A stretch of 56,440 nucleotides of DNA from a virus (taxonomy: Duplodnaviria > Caudoviricetes). Under the pieces are notes generated by a model. That model was not told where the DNA came from and ran no database searches. It worked only from the letters and a program-made list of their open reading frames with translations. Numbering within the stretch: position 1 is the first letter of the stretch; the number at the start of each line of letters is the position of its first letter. Shown piece after piece: positions 38,741 through 48,093 of this stretch. The DNA lies in IMG/VR virus record IMGVR_UViG_3300036983_000059, positions 1-56,440 of that record, one strand, 5' to 3'. A program made the translations under genes and the position numbers.

Positions 38741-39092
38741 GTAAAAAAATAATACGGTTTCTTCAATCGGAAGACAGTGTTGAATTTGATGATAATAAAA
38801 AAATGTTAAATAAAGATAAAACAGAAAATATTGATAGAGAAGAGCTTGAAGAATTAAAAGAGTTAATAGAATTTGTTGAAATTAGGTTAGCTATTGAAGA
38901 GCTTAAAAAAAGAAGGTGGCCACCCTAAGTGGGGATCAGGTAGTGGAGGCTCTGGCGGCGGAGGAAGTGGAGGAAGTCCTGCTGAAGATAGAAAAAGAAG
39001 TTGTTATGGCTAGAAATGCACCAGTAAAAATTAAAGATGTAACCTTTGACGATAAAACAAAAAGAATAGTTATGCATGCTGAACCGACATAA
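38737..39092 (+). pseudogene. Collapsed second ADP-ribosyltransferase (leader plus last strands, two frame breaks)
   Basis: Leader ...KELIEFVEIRLAIEELKK, then EGGHPKWGSGSGGSGGGG in the +1 frame, then IEKEVVMARNAPVKIKDV...RIVMHAEPT* in the third frame. Confidence 0.7.
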
Positions 39093-39107
39093 AAAGGAGG
39101 TGATAAG

Positions 39108-40418
39108 TTGTTTGAAGGAATAAAATCTTGGTTTATTAAAGAAAATCCAGTAGCAAAAATAATTGTTGAACAAAAATTAGGACAACCTATATGGACAGAT
39201 GTAGCAAAGTATAATGCATTATCTACTGCAGGTTATAAATCAAATGTTTATGTGTTTGCTTGCATAGATAAAATAGCAAAAGCATGCGGTGGCATTGATT
39301 GGTTATTGTACAACAATTCAAGTAATAAAGATGGTAAAACTGAAATAACTAAGCACCCATTATTATCACTAATCAAAAGACCGAATCCGCTGCAAGGGCA
39401 ATCAAAGTTCATTCAAGATGTTTTTGGTTATTTAAAATTATCTGGCAATAGCTTTATATTAAAGGTAGGCCCAGAAAATAAACCACCTCTTGAGTTGTAT
39501 GCACTAAGGCCTGATAGAATGCAAGTGATAGCAGGAACAACATTAGGTACTGTAAGTGGTTATAAGTATAAAATTGGTGCAAATGAAGTATCATTTAAGC
39601 CTGAGGAAATATTGCATTTAAAAACATTTAATCCAACAGATGATTTTTTAGGAATGAGTCCCGGAGAGCCAGCAGGAAAGAGTTTAGACCAAAGCAATAT
39701 GTCTAAATCATGGAATGTCAGTTTATTGCAAAATAGCGCTAGACCTCCTGGAGTATTAAAAACAGAACAAAATTTAAATGATGCTCAATTTAATAGGTTA
39801 GAGAATAAATGGTATTCGAAGTATGCTGGGTATAAAAACGCTGGAACACCCCCAATATTAGAAGGTGGCTTATCTTGGCAAAGTATGGGATTAAGCCCAG
39901 CTGATATGGAGTGGCTAGAAGGTCAAAAGCTGAGTGCTAGAGAAATTGCTATTGCATTAAGTGTTCCACCTGAGCTAATAGGTGATAACAGCAATAAAAC
40001 ATATTCTAATTATAAAGAAGCTAGATCAGCATTTTATGAAGAAACAATTCTTCCCGACATGGATTGGTTTAAAGATGAATTAAATAATTGGCTAACTCCG
40101 TTGTATGGTGAAAATCTTTATTTAGATTACGACAAAGACGACATTGAAGCTTTGCAAGAGGATAGAAACGATGTTTGGAAAAGAGTAATGACTTCTAATT
40201 GGCTAACAGTAAATGAAAAAAGAGTTGCAACTGGTTATGATGAGCGAGATGATGGTGACGTTATATTAGTAAATGGCACATTAGTATCTTTGGATGCTTT
40301 AGGAGACTCATCTGAAAACAATAATGCTAATACTAATGATAATATTGATAACACCGATAAAGTTGAGCAGGAAGGCAATCAGAGCGAAGACGATGCTAAA
40401 AAAAAACTAAAAACCTAA
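39108..40418 (+). CDS. Portal protein, HK97 family
   Basis: VFACIDKIA, HPLLSLIKRPNP, LSGNSF, LRPDRM, EILHLK, GMSP, ILEGGL.W, LTVNEKR. Confidence 0.95.
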   Translation: MFEGIKSWFIKENPVAKIIVEQKLGQPIWTDVAKYNALSTAGYKSNVYVFACIDKIAKACGGIDWLLYNNSSNKDGKTEITKHPLLSLIKRPNPLQGQSKFIQDVFGYLKLSGNSFILKVGPENKPPLELYALRPDRMQVIAGTTLGTVSGYKYKIGANEVSFKPEEILHLKTFNPTDDFLGMSPGEPAGKSLDQSNMSKSWNVSLLQNSARPPGVLKTEQNLNDAQFNRLENKWYSKYAGYKNAGTPPILEGGLSWQSMGLSPADMEWLEGQKLSAREIAIALSVPPELIGDNSNKTYSNYKEARSAFYEETILPDMDWFKDELNNWLTPLYGENLYLDYDKDDIEALQEDRNDVWKRVMTSNWLTVNEKRVATGYDERDDGDVILVNGTLVSLDALGDSSENNNANTNDNIDNTDKVEQEGNQSEDDAKKKLKT

Positions 40419-41194
40419 ATATATCTACTGAGGAAGAAAAAGAAATATGGTGGAAAAAAGTAGATAGCAAAAGAGCAAAATGGGAATTGATAATTGAAAA
40501 GCTAATTGCAAATAGATTCTCCAAAGAACAAGATAATGTAATAAATGCAATAAATAAATCTGATTTAAAAAATGTTACTAATAATGCTTTGAAAGAAATA
40601 GATAAGCAAGAAGCTGATTGGGTTAAAATGTTTAAAGCTTTATACTTATCTGTAGGGGAAGAGTTTGCAAAAGAAACATATGATAATTTAAAAAAACAAA
40701 AGTCGATTGATTTAAAAGGTAATGTAGATAGTTGGTTGAAATATGTATTAGAGTGGTTAAAGCTTTATGCAGGTAATAAAATTGTAAATATATTAAAGAC
40801 AACAAAAGAAACAGTAAGAGCCCAGTTAGAAGAAGGCGTTCGATTGGGTGAGAGTATTAAGCAGTTAGCCAAAAGAATAGATACATTGTATTTAGCCCAA
40901 ATAATAAAGAATAGATCAATAGTAATTGCAAGAACAGAAGTTATAGCAGCAAGCAATTTGGGCAACAGAGCAGGTGCACTATCAACTGGATTGAAGCTAG
41001 ATAAAGAGTGGATAAGTACAAGAGATAAAAGAACTAGATCAGCTCACGAAGCAGCAGATGGCCAAAGAACAAATATGGAAAAACCATATACAGTTATGGG
41101 TGAAAAATTAATGTTCCCTGGTGATACAAGTTTAGGTGCAGGAGGATCAAATACGATTCAATGCAGATGCACAGAAGGCTATCATGCGAAATAA
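40400..41194 (+). CDS. MuF/SPP1 gp7-like minor head protein (no in-frame ATG near the 5' end; possibly fused to the portal)
   Basis: R...IARTE, KEWIST.D.RTR..H, DGQ, LMFPGD, IQCRC. Frame is open from 40400. Confidence 0.88.
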   Translation, partial: KKTKNLNISTEEEKEIWWKKVDSKRAKWELIIEKLIANRFSKEQDNVINAINKSDLKNVTNNALKEIDKQEADWVKMFKALYLSVGEEFAKETYDNLKKQKSIDLKGNVDSWLKYVLEWLKLYAGNKIVNILKTTKETVRAQLEEGVRLGESIKQLAKRIDTLYLAQIIKNRSIVIARTEVIAASNLGNRAGALSTGLKLDKEWISTRDKRTRSAHEAADGQRTNMEKPYTVMGEKLMFPGDTSLGAGGSNTIQCRCTEGYHAK

Positions 41195-41252
41195 GGAAGA
41201 TGGATTTCATGAATACGATGTTTAAAATAATTTAGAAAGGAAGTGATATGGT

Positions 41253-41861
41253 TTGGATATAAATAGAATGGAGCCAAAATCGGGTAGGTATTTAAAAGAA
41301 AATAGTACAGTTGTAAACGTAATTGATTTAATTAGTGGAGAAACGGGTAAAGCGTTAAAGGTTGGTCAAAAAACGTGCAAAGCAGTTAAAAGTATTACAA
41401 GGCCAGCAAATGTAACTGCTTATGTGCCAGGACAAATATTAAATGCTGATGCAGCCACTACATTAATTGAGTTAGATTTTTCAGCATATGGTTTAGTAGC
41501 AGGAGATACAGTGGATTTAGAGTCAATCTCATTATCCAGTGATTGTACAAATGTTTTAAAAATTGCTTGTCAAATACATTTGTGTAATACAGCAACATTG
41601 CAAGGACAAACAATTACTGATGCAACAACATTTGTATTGAGTCAATCAGAATTGGCATCAAAATCAGAAGCACATTTTGAGGATGTTTCGAATGCTGTAT
41701 TTTTATCATCTAATGCTTATAAAGTTGCTCAAATGGATGTTAGCCGAAAGGCTACATTAGGTGCTGGTGGTAAACTCTGGGCAGCGGTAATCATTTTAAA
41801 CGCTTATATTCCTAAAAGTGGGGAGGCAATTACTCTCATTACAAAAGGGGTGATTGCATAA
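41253..41861 (+). CDS. Putative virion structural protein (beta-rich)
   Basis: In the head module; ITRPANVTAY motif; translationally coupled to the giant adhesin gene. Confidence 0.5.
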   Translation: MDINRMEPKSGRYLKENSTVVNVIDLISGETGKALKVGQKTCKAVKSITRPANVTAYVPGQILNADAATTLIELDFSAYGLVAGDTVDLESISLSSDCTNVLKIACQIHLCNTATLQGQTITDATTFVLSQSELASKSEAHFEDVSNAVFLSSNAYKVAQMDVSRKATLGAGGKLWAAVIILNAYIPKSGEAITLITKGVIA

Positions 41862-44800
41862 TGAAAATATCGCAAGCTAAAAAGAAAGAAAAAGACTTAG
41901 CAATAAAAAATATAGCGGCTGCTTTTTCTTTAGCAAAAGAAGTACCCTATGCAAAAACATGGGGAACACTTAGAAATTATTCGGGGATTGAAAAGGAATT
42001 TGGATTCTGCGGTGATAACGCAGATCTTCTTAGTATGTATAATTTCTTGAAGCCAAATCTATCCCCAAAATATGGTGTTGATTTAAATGGAGATGGCAGA
42101 AGCGATGGGTGGGATCAACTAATTGAATCTGGAACGTGTCTAAAGTCTTGCATTAATGGCGCTCAGTATTTTAAGATAGTTAACACAACAGCACAATATC
42201 AAGGTATAGGCTTGCGAACAGCAAAGATTGATTTTTTGGTAGGTGATAGGGCAGATTTTGAGTTTACGTATAGAAATTTTTCTATTATTAGTGGTACAGC
42301 CACTATGCAATTAAATGTGGCTTATTATACTTCTGGTGATTCGTTAATTAAAATGGACTATATAAGCATAGCAAGCAGTACAACTCTAGCTGAAACTGTT
42401 TTTAAAACTTCCGTAATAATGCCCTTAACTTGTGCAAAAATAACCTTTGAGCCTCGTATGCAAGATAACGCAGTAGGCGGTGGAAGTGTTATTGAAGCAA
42501 CATTTGTAGATTGCAAATGCTATAGAAGTCTCATATTAAAAGCTGATCCATTTTTTACTACTGATAGCAATGCAAATGGTGTATGCGACACTAACATAGT
42601 AAATTATCAAGGTAATACAGTTACTCCAACAATGTTAAGCAATGAGCAAAGATTCAATGTAACTAATGTAGTCAGTACAAATGGGATGGAGCTACAAACA
42701 AACAATTGGTGGATGCAATGCACGCCAAACCAAACTTATATTGTAAGCATAGAGGGAAAAACAGATACATCAGCAACAAGTCAAATTGGAATGTTTGTTA
42801 GTTTCTTTAATAACTCAGGAACCTATTTAAGTAGTGCACTTTCATCAAATTTTACAGGTGGAAATATATCGGGAAGCTCATCAAATAGTAATACTTTAGT
42901 AAAAATAACAGGCACAATCGTAGTTCCTGAGCTTGCAACAAGGATGATGGTTGCAGGATCGTTTAAAATGAATGTGTTGGGTGCATGCAATGTTAATTTT
43001 GTTTTTAGAAACTTTTTTATCCATGAGAATACTGTCAGTGGATTAGTGCCAAGAATAACAGATCAGAAAAATAAAAGAGAAAATTTAGTTCATTCTTTAA
43101 CAGACAGAGATTTAAATGGTGTAAGTGATGGCTGGGGTGGGTATTTTTCTAACCTTAGCTATGATGGTGACTTAACTCTTTCTATGGAAGATGGAACACA
43201 AAAAATCTATACTACTAATACAGGTGGTGGGGTATCTAATTATGAGTTTACATGTGCTATAAATAATTTTCTACCGAATGAAACAATAACAGCCAGAGTA
43301 ACAGGTAAAAATAGTGGAGATTCAAGAGTGCAATTAACAGTTCTATTTTTTAATGGAGCTAGTTTTATTTCGGCAAACAATACAACTGTTGCTGATTATG
43401 CTTCGTTTACTTCAATGTCCTTAACAGCTGTAGCTCCTGCAAATACTACAAAATGTTATATAGCAATAAAAAATTATATGAATGCAAACAATGGGGCAGG
43501 CACAGTTTGGTATAAAGATGTTTATGCATACAAAGATACAGATATTATTCAAACAACAGTAGGCTATATGCCAAAACTTTGCTTTACAAGCGATATACTC
43601 GGAATTTTTTATGATGGCGTAGACGATTTTTTACAAAGTGCTGATAATCCAAATTTAAAAGTAACTTCGGAAATGTCTATGTTGACTAGCTTTAAAGCGT
43701 CTTCGGCAGTTAATGGAACAGGCATGGCAGGATATGTTGGTAGTTCAGACGGGGATTATAAGTATATGTCGTATTTAACTACTAATTCTACTGGTATTAG
43801 TGGATACTGCAAAGCAACTAGTGGAGCATCTTTTGCTAATATGGCTCCAATAAATTATAATGATGGGAAATTTAAAACTTTAGTTCAATCATTTAATAAA
43901 GCACAACCAATTGATATTGTAAACAATCTATTAAGCAACAGCCAAGTAGGCATTGATGGAGATGAACTTGCAAGTACCTCGCTAGGTATTGATGGAAATG
44001 ATCTTTCAAATATTCCTCTTGGAACTAGTAGTGATGGTTTAACAAGCACTGGCTGGGTGCACACAAGCAATGCAGGAATTACTGCAACACCATTAATAGA
44101 AGAAGCGGCACAAAAGGTATTATTGACAGCAAGCTCTAGTGTAGATAGATCAGCAATCAGTATTAGTGGAAGAAAACCATGTGTAGCAGGTGACACAATA
44201 ACTATTAGTGCTCTAGGTAAAATTTTAAATTTAGTTGGCAGTTTAAAAATCCGAATAGAGATTGACTGGGCAACAGCAGTGAGTGGAGGATATCTCACAA
44301 GCTCATATGGAGCATGGATTACAAGTGCATCAGAGTTTGCGAATCTAACAGTAACAGGTGTTGTGCCAGCAACTGCAACATACCATAGCGCAATATTGGC
44401 TATTTACCCAAATGCAATAGGTAACACTGGTAATGTATGGTTTAAAAATGCAATTCTCAATAATGGTATTAGCGATGGATGGACTTTTGCAGAAAATGGT
44501 GTTACAACAGTATCTAAAAATATCAATGATTCTGCACAAAGAATTGCTATAGCGAATGCCAACGTAAACAATGCAACAGTTACGCTTACTAAAACAGTTA
44601 TTAATGTAAGAGTAGGTGATATAGTTACTTTTACTTTGAAGTATAAAACTAATAATTGCTACTTTAGGTATGCAATTCAAGAGTTACCATCAAATGGTAC
44701 CTTGATTGCTGCGAGTAACTACACAAGCGATGGTGTCTATACTACAGTAACCCATACATTGCCAATCGTAACTGCTGGGACTACAGCCGTAAATGTTATA

Positions 44801-46789
44801 GTTGGAGCAAGGGCTATTAACATTGGAGATACTGGTGAGGTTTGGGTTAAAGATACAGTAGTATCTAATGGCATTTCTCTTGGGTGGGTTAGTTATCAAC
44901 TCAATCCAACAACATTTAGTATAGACAATGGGGCACAAAAAATACAACTAACCTCTAATTTAGGTAATGGAACAAGTTCAAGAATATATGGAAATGCTGT
45001 TACTTCAAATATATATGCCGGACAAAAGTTTACTCTTAGTGGGTATTATAAAAACGATACAGTTAATGCATCATTGGAGATTGATTTTTTAGATAGTGCA
45101 GGAACTGTGCTAAATTCACCTTCTATTATCACTAACAACACGCCTAATGCAGATTATGTGTTCGCAACTATTTCTGGAACAGCTCCTGCTAATACGGTAG
45201 TGGTTCAAGCGGTTTGCAAATGCTTACCTATATCGCAAAGTGCTGGTAGTGCTTGGTTTAAGGATTTAACTATGTATAAATCGGCTAGACCAAAAATACT
45301 TTTTGAAGGAAAAGAAGGAAACTCTTTTGCTGAATATAATGAGGACATTCTTACAACTGGGACTAGATTTTTAACAGGAAGTAAAGTTTTTGGAGGTTAT
45401 TTCTGTGGGTATATAAATTCAGCAATAGTGTATAACAAAGATGTGCAAAACAAACTAAAACTATATATGAATCAAAAGAAAAGGTGGAATCCAAGCTTTA
45501 ATAACGTTTATCAGAGCCAAGTTGTTTCAGACACTACCTCAACTTGGATGACAGTTAAGACTGATAATACAGGTACATCAGCTAGTAACCAATTTACATT
45601 ACCACTTGAAAATGGTGGTGTATACAGCTTCACTGTAGATTGGGGAGATGGCACAACGAGTAGTACTATAACTATTTATAACGATTCACAAATTACACAT
45701 ACATTTGCTAATGGTGCAGGAACATATGATATTAAGATTACTGGAACCATAAGAGGATGGAGATTTAACAATGGTGGAGATTGTAAAAAGTTAACTGAAA
45801 TTAAAAGATGGGGTGTTGGATTCAGACTTGGTAACAACAATGGTTATTTTTATGGTTGCTCAAATATGGTTGCATCTTATACAGATGTATTAGATATGAC
45901 TGGCACAACAACAATGTTTAACGCTTTCTATGGTTGTTCATTGTTTAATGGCTTGATGAATATGAATACAGCAAGCGTCACTAATATGTCCGCAATGCTT
46001 CAAGGATGTGCGGCTTTTAATCAGTCAGTGGCAAGCATGAATATGGCAAGCGTCAGCACGATTAGAGAAATGTTCTATGGTTGCTCAATATTTAATCAAT
46101 CAGTTAGTGGCTGGGTATTAACAAGCTGTACAAATTATACAAATATGTTTTTTGGTTGCTCAGCATTTAATCAACCCCTTGTGCCTTTTGATGGAAGCAA
46201 TGTTACATCATATCAAAACATATTAATGAATTGTACAAATTGGTTACAAGATGTTTCAGGTTGGAGTTTTGCAGGGATTACAGGGGCAAATGCTAATGCT
46301 TTTTCTGGCGCTTTTACAGGTACTAAGCTTGCAAATTACGCAAGTGGGGATCAAATAACATGCAGAGCTTATTATAATGCATTGTTAACGAGCATAAACG
46401 CAAGAAGCACATCCACAGGGACACTTTTAAGCATTGGATCGTGCAAATATTCCGCGGGAACTCCTAACGGGCTAACCGCCAAAAATGCTTTATTAGCTCG
46501 CTCAACTCCTTGGACATTCACAGATGGTGGCTTGTATGTAATAACAGTCACAAATATTAGCCCATCAAGTGGAACAACAGCAGGAGGAACAAGTGTAACA
46601 ATAACTGGAACAAACTTCACAGGGGCAACTTCTGTAACAATAGGTGGAGTGCCTGTTACTGGATTTACAGTTGTGAGTAATACAAGCATAACAGCTACAA
46701 CACCAGCAGGAACAGCAGGGGCTAAAGATGTCGTAGTAACTACACCAGATGGAAGTGGAACAGGTACAAATCTATACACATATGTATAA
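41861..46789 (+). CDS. Giant multidomain adhesin/fibre: LamG-like scaffold, six CBM-like inserts, PKD-like, DUF285/BspA-like repeats, IPT/TIG
   Basis: FYDGVDDFL and FCGYINSAIVYN (LamG); repeated DG.SDGW...WFKD units; VDWGDG; MFYGCS.FNQ repeats; ISPSSGTTAGGTSVTITGTNF. Confidence 0.8.
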   Translation: MKISQAKKKEKDLAIKNIAAAFSLAKEVPYAKTWGTLRNYSGIEKEFGFCGDNADLLSMYNFLKPNLSPKYGVDLNGDGRSDGWDQLIESGTCLKSCINGAQYFKIVNTTAQYQGIGLRTAKIDFLVGDRADFEFTYRNFSIISGTATMQLNVAYYTSGDSLIKMDYISIASSTTLAETVFKTSVIMPLTCAKITFEPRMQDNAVGGGSVIEATFVDCKCYRSLILKADPFFTTDSNANGVCDTNIVNYQGNTVTPTMLSNEQRFNVTNVVSTNGMELQTNNWWMQCTPNQTYIVSIEGKTDTSATSQIGMFVSFFNNSGTYLSSALSSNFTGGNISGSSSNSNTLVKITGTIVVPELATRMMVAGSFKMNVLGACNVNFVFRNFFIHENTVSGLVPRITDQKNKRENLVHSLTDRDLNGVSDGWGGYFSNLSYDGDLTLSMEDGTQKIYTTNTGGGVSNYEFTCAINNFLPNETITARVTGKNSGDSRVQLTVLFFNGASFISANNTTVADYASFTSMSLTAVAPANTTKCYIAIKNYMNANNGAGTVWYKDVYAYKDTDIIQTTVGYMPKLCFTSDILGIFYDGVDDFLQSADNPNLKVTSEMSMLTSFKASSAVNGTGMAGYVGSSDGDYKYMSYLTTNSTGISGYCKATSGASFANMAPINYNDGKFKTLVQSFNKAQPIDIVNNLLSNSQVGIDGDELASTSLGIDGNDLSNIPLGTSSDGLTSTGWVHTSNAGITATPLIEEAAQKVLLTASSSVDRSAISISGRKPCVAGDTITISALGKILNLVGSLKIRIEIDWATAVSGGYLTSSYGAWITSASEFANLTVTGVVPATATYHSAILAIYPNAIGNTGNVWFKNAILNNGISDGWTFAENGVTTVSKNINDSAQRIAIANANVNNATVTLTKTVINVRVGDIVTFTLKYKTNNCYFRYAIQELPSNGTLIAASNYTSDGVYTTVTHTLPIVTAGTTAVNVIVGARAINIGDTGEVWVKDTVVSNGISLGWVSYQLNPTTFSIDNGAQKIQLTSNLGNGTSSRIYGNAVTSNIYAGQKFTLSGYYKNDTVNASLEIDFLDSAGTVLNSPSIITNNTPNADYVFATISGTAPANTVVVQAVCKCLPISQSAGSAWFKDLTMYKSARPKILFEGKEGNSFAEYNEDILTTGTRFLTGSKVFGGYFCGYINSAIVYNKDVQNKLKLYMNQKKRWNPSFNNVYQSQVVSDTTSTWMTVKTDNTGTSASNQFTLPLENGGVYSFTVDWGDGTTSSTITIYNDSQITHTFANGAGTYDIKITGTIRGWRFNNGGDCKKLTEIKRWGVGFRLGNNNGYFYGCSNMVASYTDVLDMTGTTTMFNAFYGCSLFNGLMNMNTASVTNMSAMLQGCAAFNQSVASMNMASVSTIREMFYGCSIFNQSVSGWVLTSCTNYTNMFFGCSAFNQPLVPFDGSNVTSYQNILMNCTNWLQDVSGWSFAGITGANANAFSGAFTGTKLANYASGDQITCRAYYNALLTSINARSTSTGTLLSIGSCKYSAGTPNGLTAKNALLARSTPWTFTDGGLYVITVTNISPSSGTTAGGTSVTITGTNFTGATSVTIGGVPVTGFTVVSNTSITATTPAGTAGAKDVVVTTPDGSGTGTNLYTYV

Positions 46790-46812
46790 TGAATTAAAGG
46801 AGATGAAATAAT

Positions 46813-47154
46813 ATGATATTACAATGCTATACAAAGGCAAGATTACTTTCAATTTCACACGAAAGTTTTATAAATGAATTAGAAGCAAATGGGGTTAATT
46901 ATGATCCAATTCATTTTACGGGCAGTTACTTATATGGGTGCATTAAGCACCCTGTAAGTGGTGAGCATGCTTTAGTAGTTAATGACCCCACTTATCTCCC
47001 AGAAGTTTTTAAAACTAGATTAACTGATGATGAAATCGCAAGAGATGAAGGATGGTTTGAAGTTCCAATCGTAGAAGATATAGAGTATATAGAGATGCCT
47101 GTAGAAGAACCACCAGTTATTGAAGAAAATGAGGAGGTGCCAATCAATGAATAA
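46813..47154 (+). CDS. Hypothetical acidic protein (possible fibre assembly chaperone)
   Basis: AAGGAG RBS; directly after the adhesin gene. Confidence 0.5.
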   Translation: MILQCYTKARLLSISHESFINELEANGVNYDPIHFTGSYLYGCIKHPVSGEHALVVNDPTYLPEVFKTRLTDDEIARDEGWFEVPIVEDIEYIEMPVEEPPVIEENEEVPINE

Positions 47155-48070
47155 GAAAAGCGTAAAGTTGGAAGTAAAAGAATTAAATGATCAAGGTGAG
47201 TTTGTTGGATATGCTTCAATGTATGATAACACAGATTTACAAGGCGATATAGTTGAAAAAGGAGCGTTTACTAGAACTTTGCAACATAAAGGTGGTCAGG
47301 TAGTAATGTTATGGCAACATAAAACTGATGAGCCTATTGGAATAATGGAATTAGAAGACGGGGATAAGGGTTTAGTTGCCAAAGGCAAATTAAATATGGA
47401 AGTTTCAAGAGCAAAAGAAGCTTATGCTTTATTGAAGCAAGGTGCTCTAAAAGGAATGTCAATCGGATATGACGTTGTAAAACAAGCTTGGGAAGGTACT
47501 ACTAGAAAATTAAAAGAGGTTAAGCTGTGGGAAGTATCACTCGTTACTTTCCCAGCTAATCCACTAGCAACAGTTGTTGGAGTCAAAGATATGGAAGGTA
47601 AAGATTTTAATTCGGAGTTAACATCAACTGAAATTGAAAGAGATTTAATGGAGCGTCGTTGGACGATGGAAGATGCAATAAGAAAGATAATATACAATAT
47701 GATGGATGACTCTACAATGCAACCTGATGAAAGATTATTGAACTTAAGTATTAGCATAGACCAATACAAAACGGCAATGCTAGAGTGGTTCAAGGAGTAT
47801 TTCGCAGCAGGCGTAAATGAAGTAACACAAGGGCGAAATATTGCAATGGGTAAGAGTGCAAAGGCAGGAAGAATATTATCTAGCAGTAATTTAAAGTTAA
47901 TTGAAGAAGCAATGACAGCTTTGCAAGCCCTTCTAAGTGCAGCATCACCAAAAGACTCGAGCGAAGGCTCCTCAGATGGTGGTAAAAGTGCAAAAGAACT
48001 CGGCAAAAACAAAGTTGATGACATAGAAATGAAAGAGTTGTTTAGTTTTATAAAAGAGTTAAAAAAATAA
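47147..48070 (+). CDS. Prohead maturation protease (HK97 family) with C-terminal extension
   Basis: GEFVGYAS, DIVEKGAF, LWQH, GMSIGY, LWEVSLVTFPANP; GAGGAGG RBS before ATG 47147. Confidence 0.93.
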   Translation: MNKKSVKLEVKELNDQGEFVGYASMYDNTDLQGDIVEKGAFTRTLQHKGGQVVMLWQHKTDEPIGIMELEDGDKGLVAKGKLNMEVSRAKEAYALLKQGALKGMSIGYDVVKQAWEGTTRKLKEVKLWEVSLVTFPANPLATVVGVKDMEGKDFNSELTSTEIERDLMERRWTMEDAIRKIIYNMMDDSTMQPDERLLNLSISIDQYKTAMLEWFKEYFAAGVNEVTQGRNIAMGKSAKAGRILSSSNLKLIEEAMTALQALLSAASPKDSSEGSSDGGKSAKELGKNKVDDIEMKELFSFIKELKK

Positions 48071-48093
48071 TAATTAATTGGAGGATTTGAAAA

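Noticed and set aside
41861-46789. Diversity-generating retroelement target
   Set aside because: No reverse transcriptase and no TR/VR repeat pair were seen.
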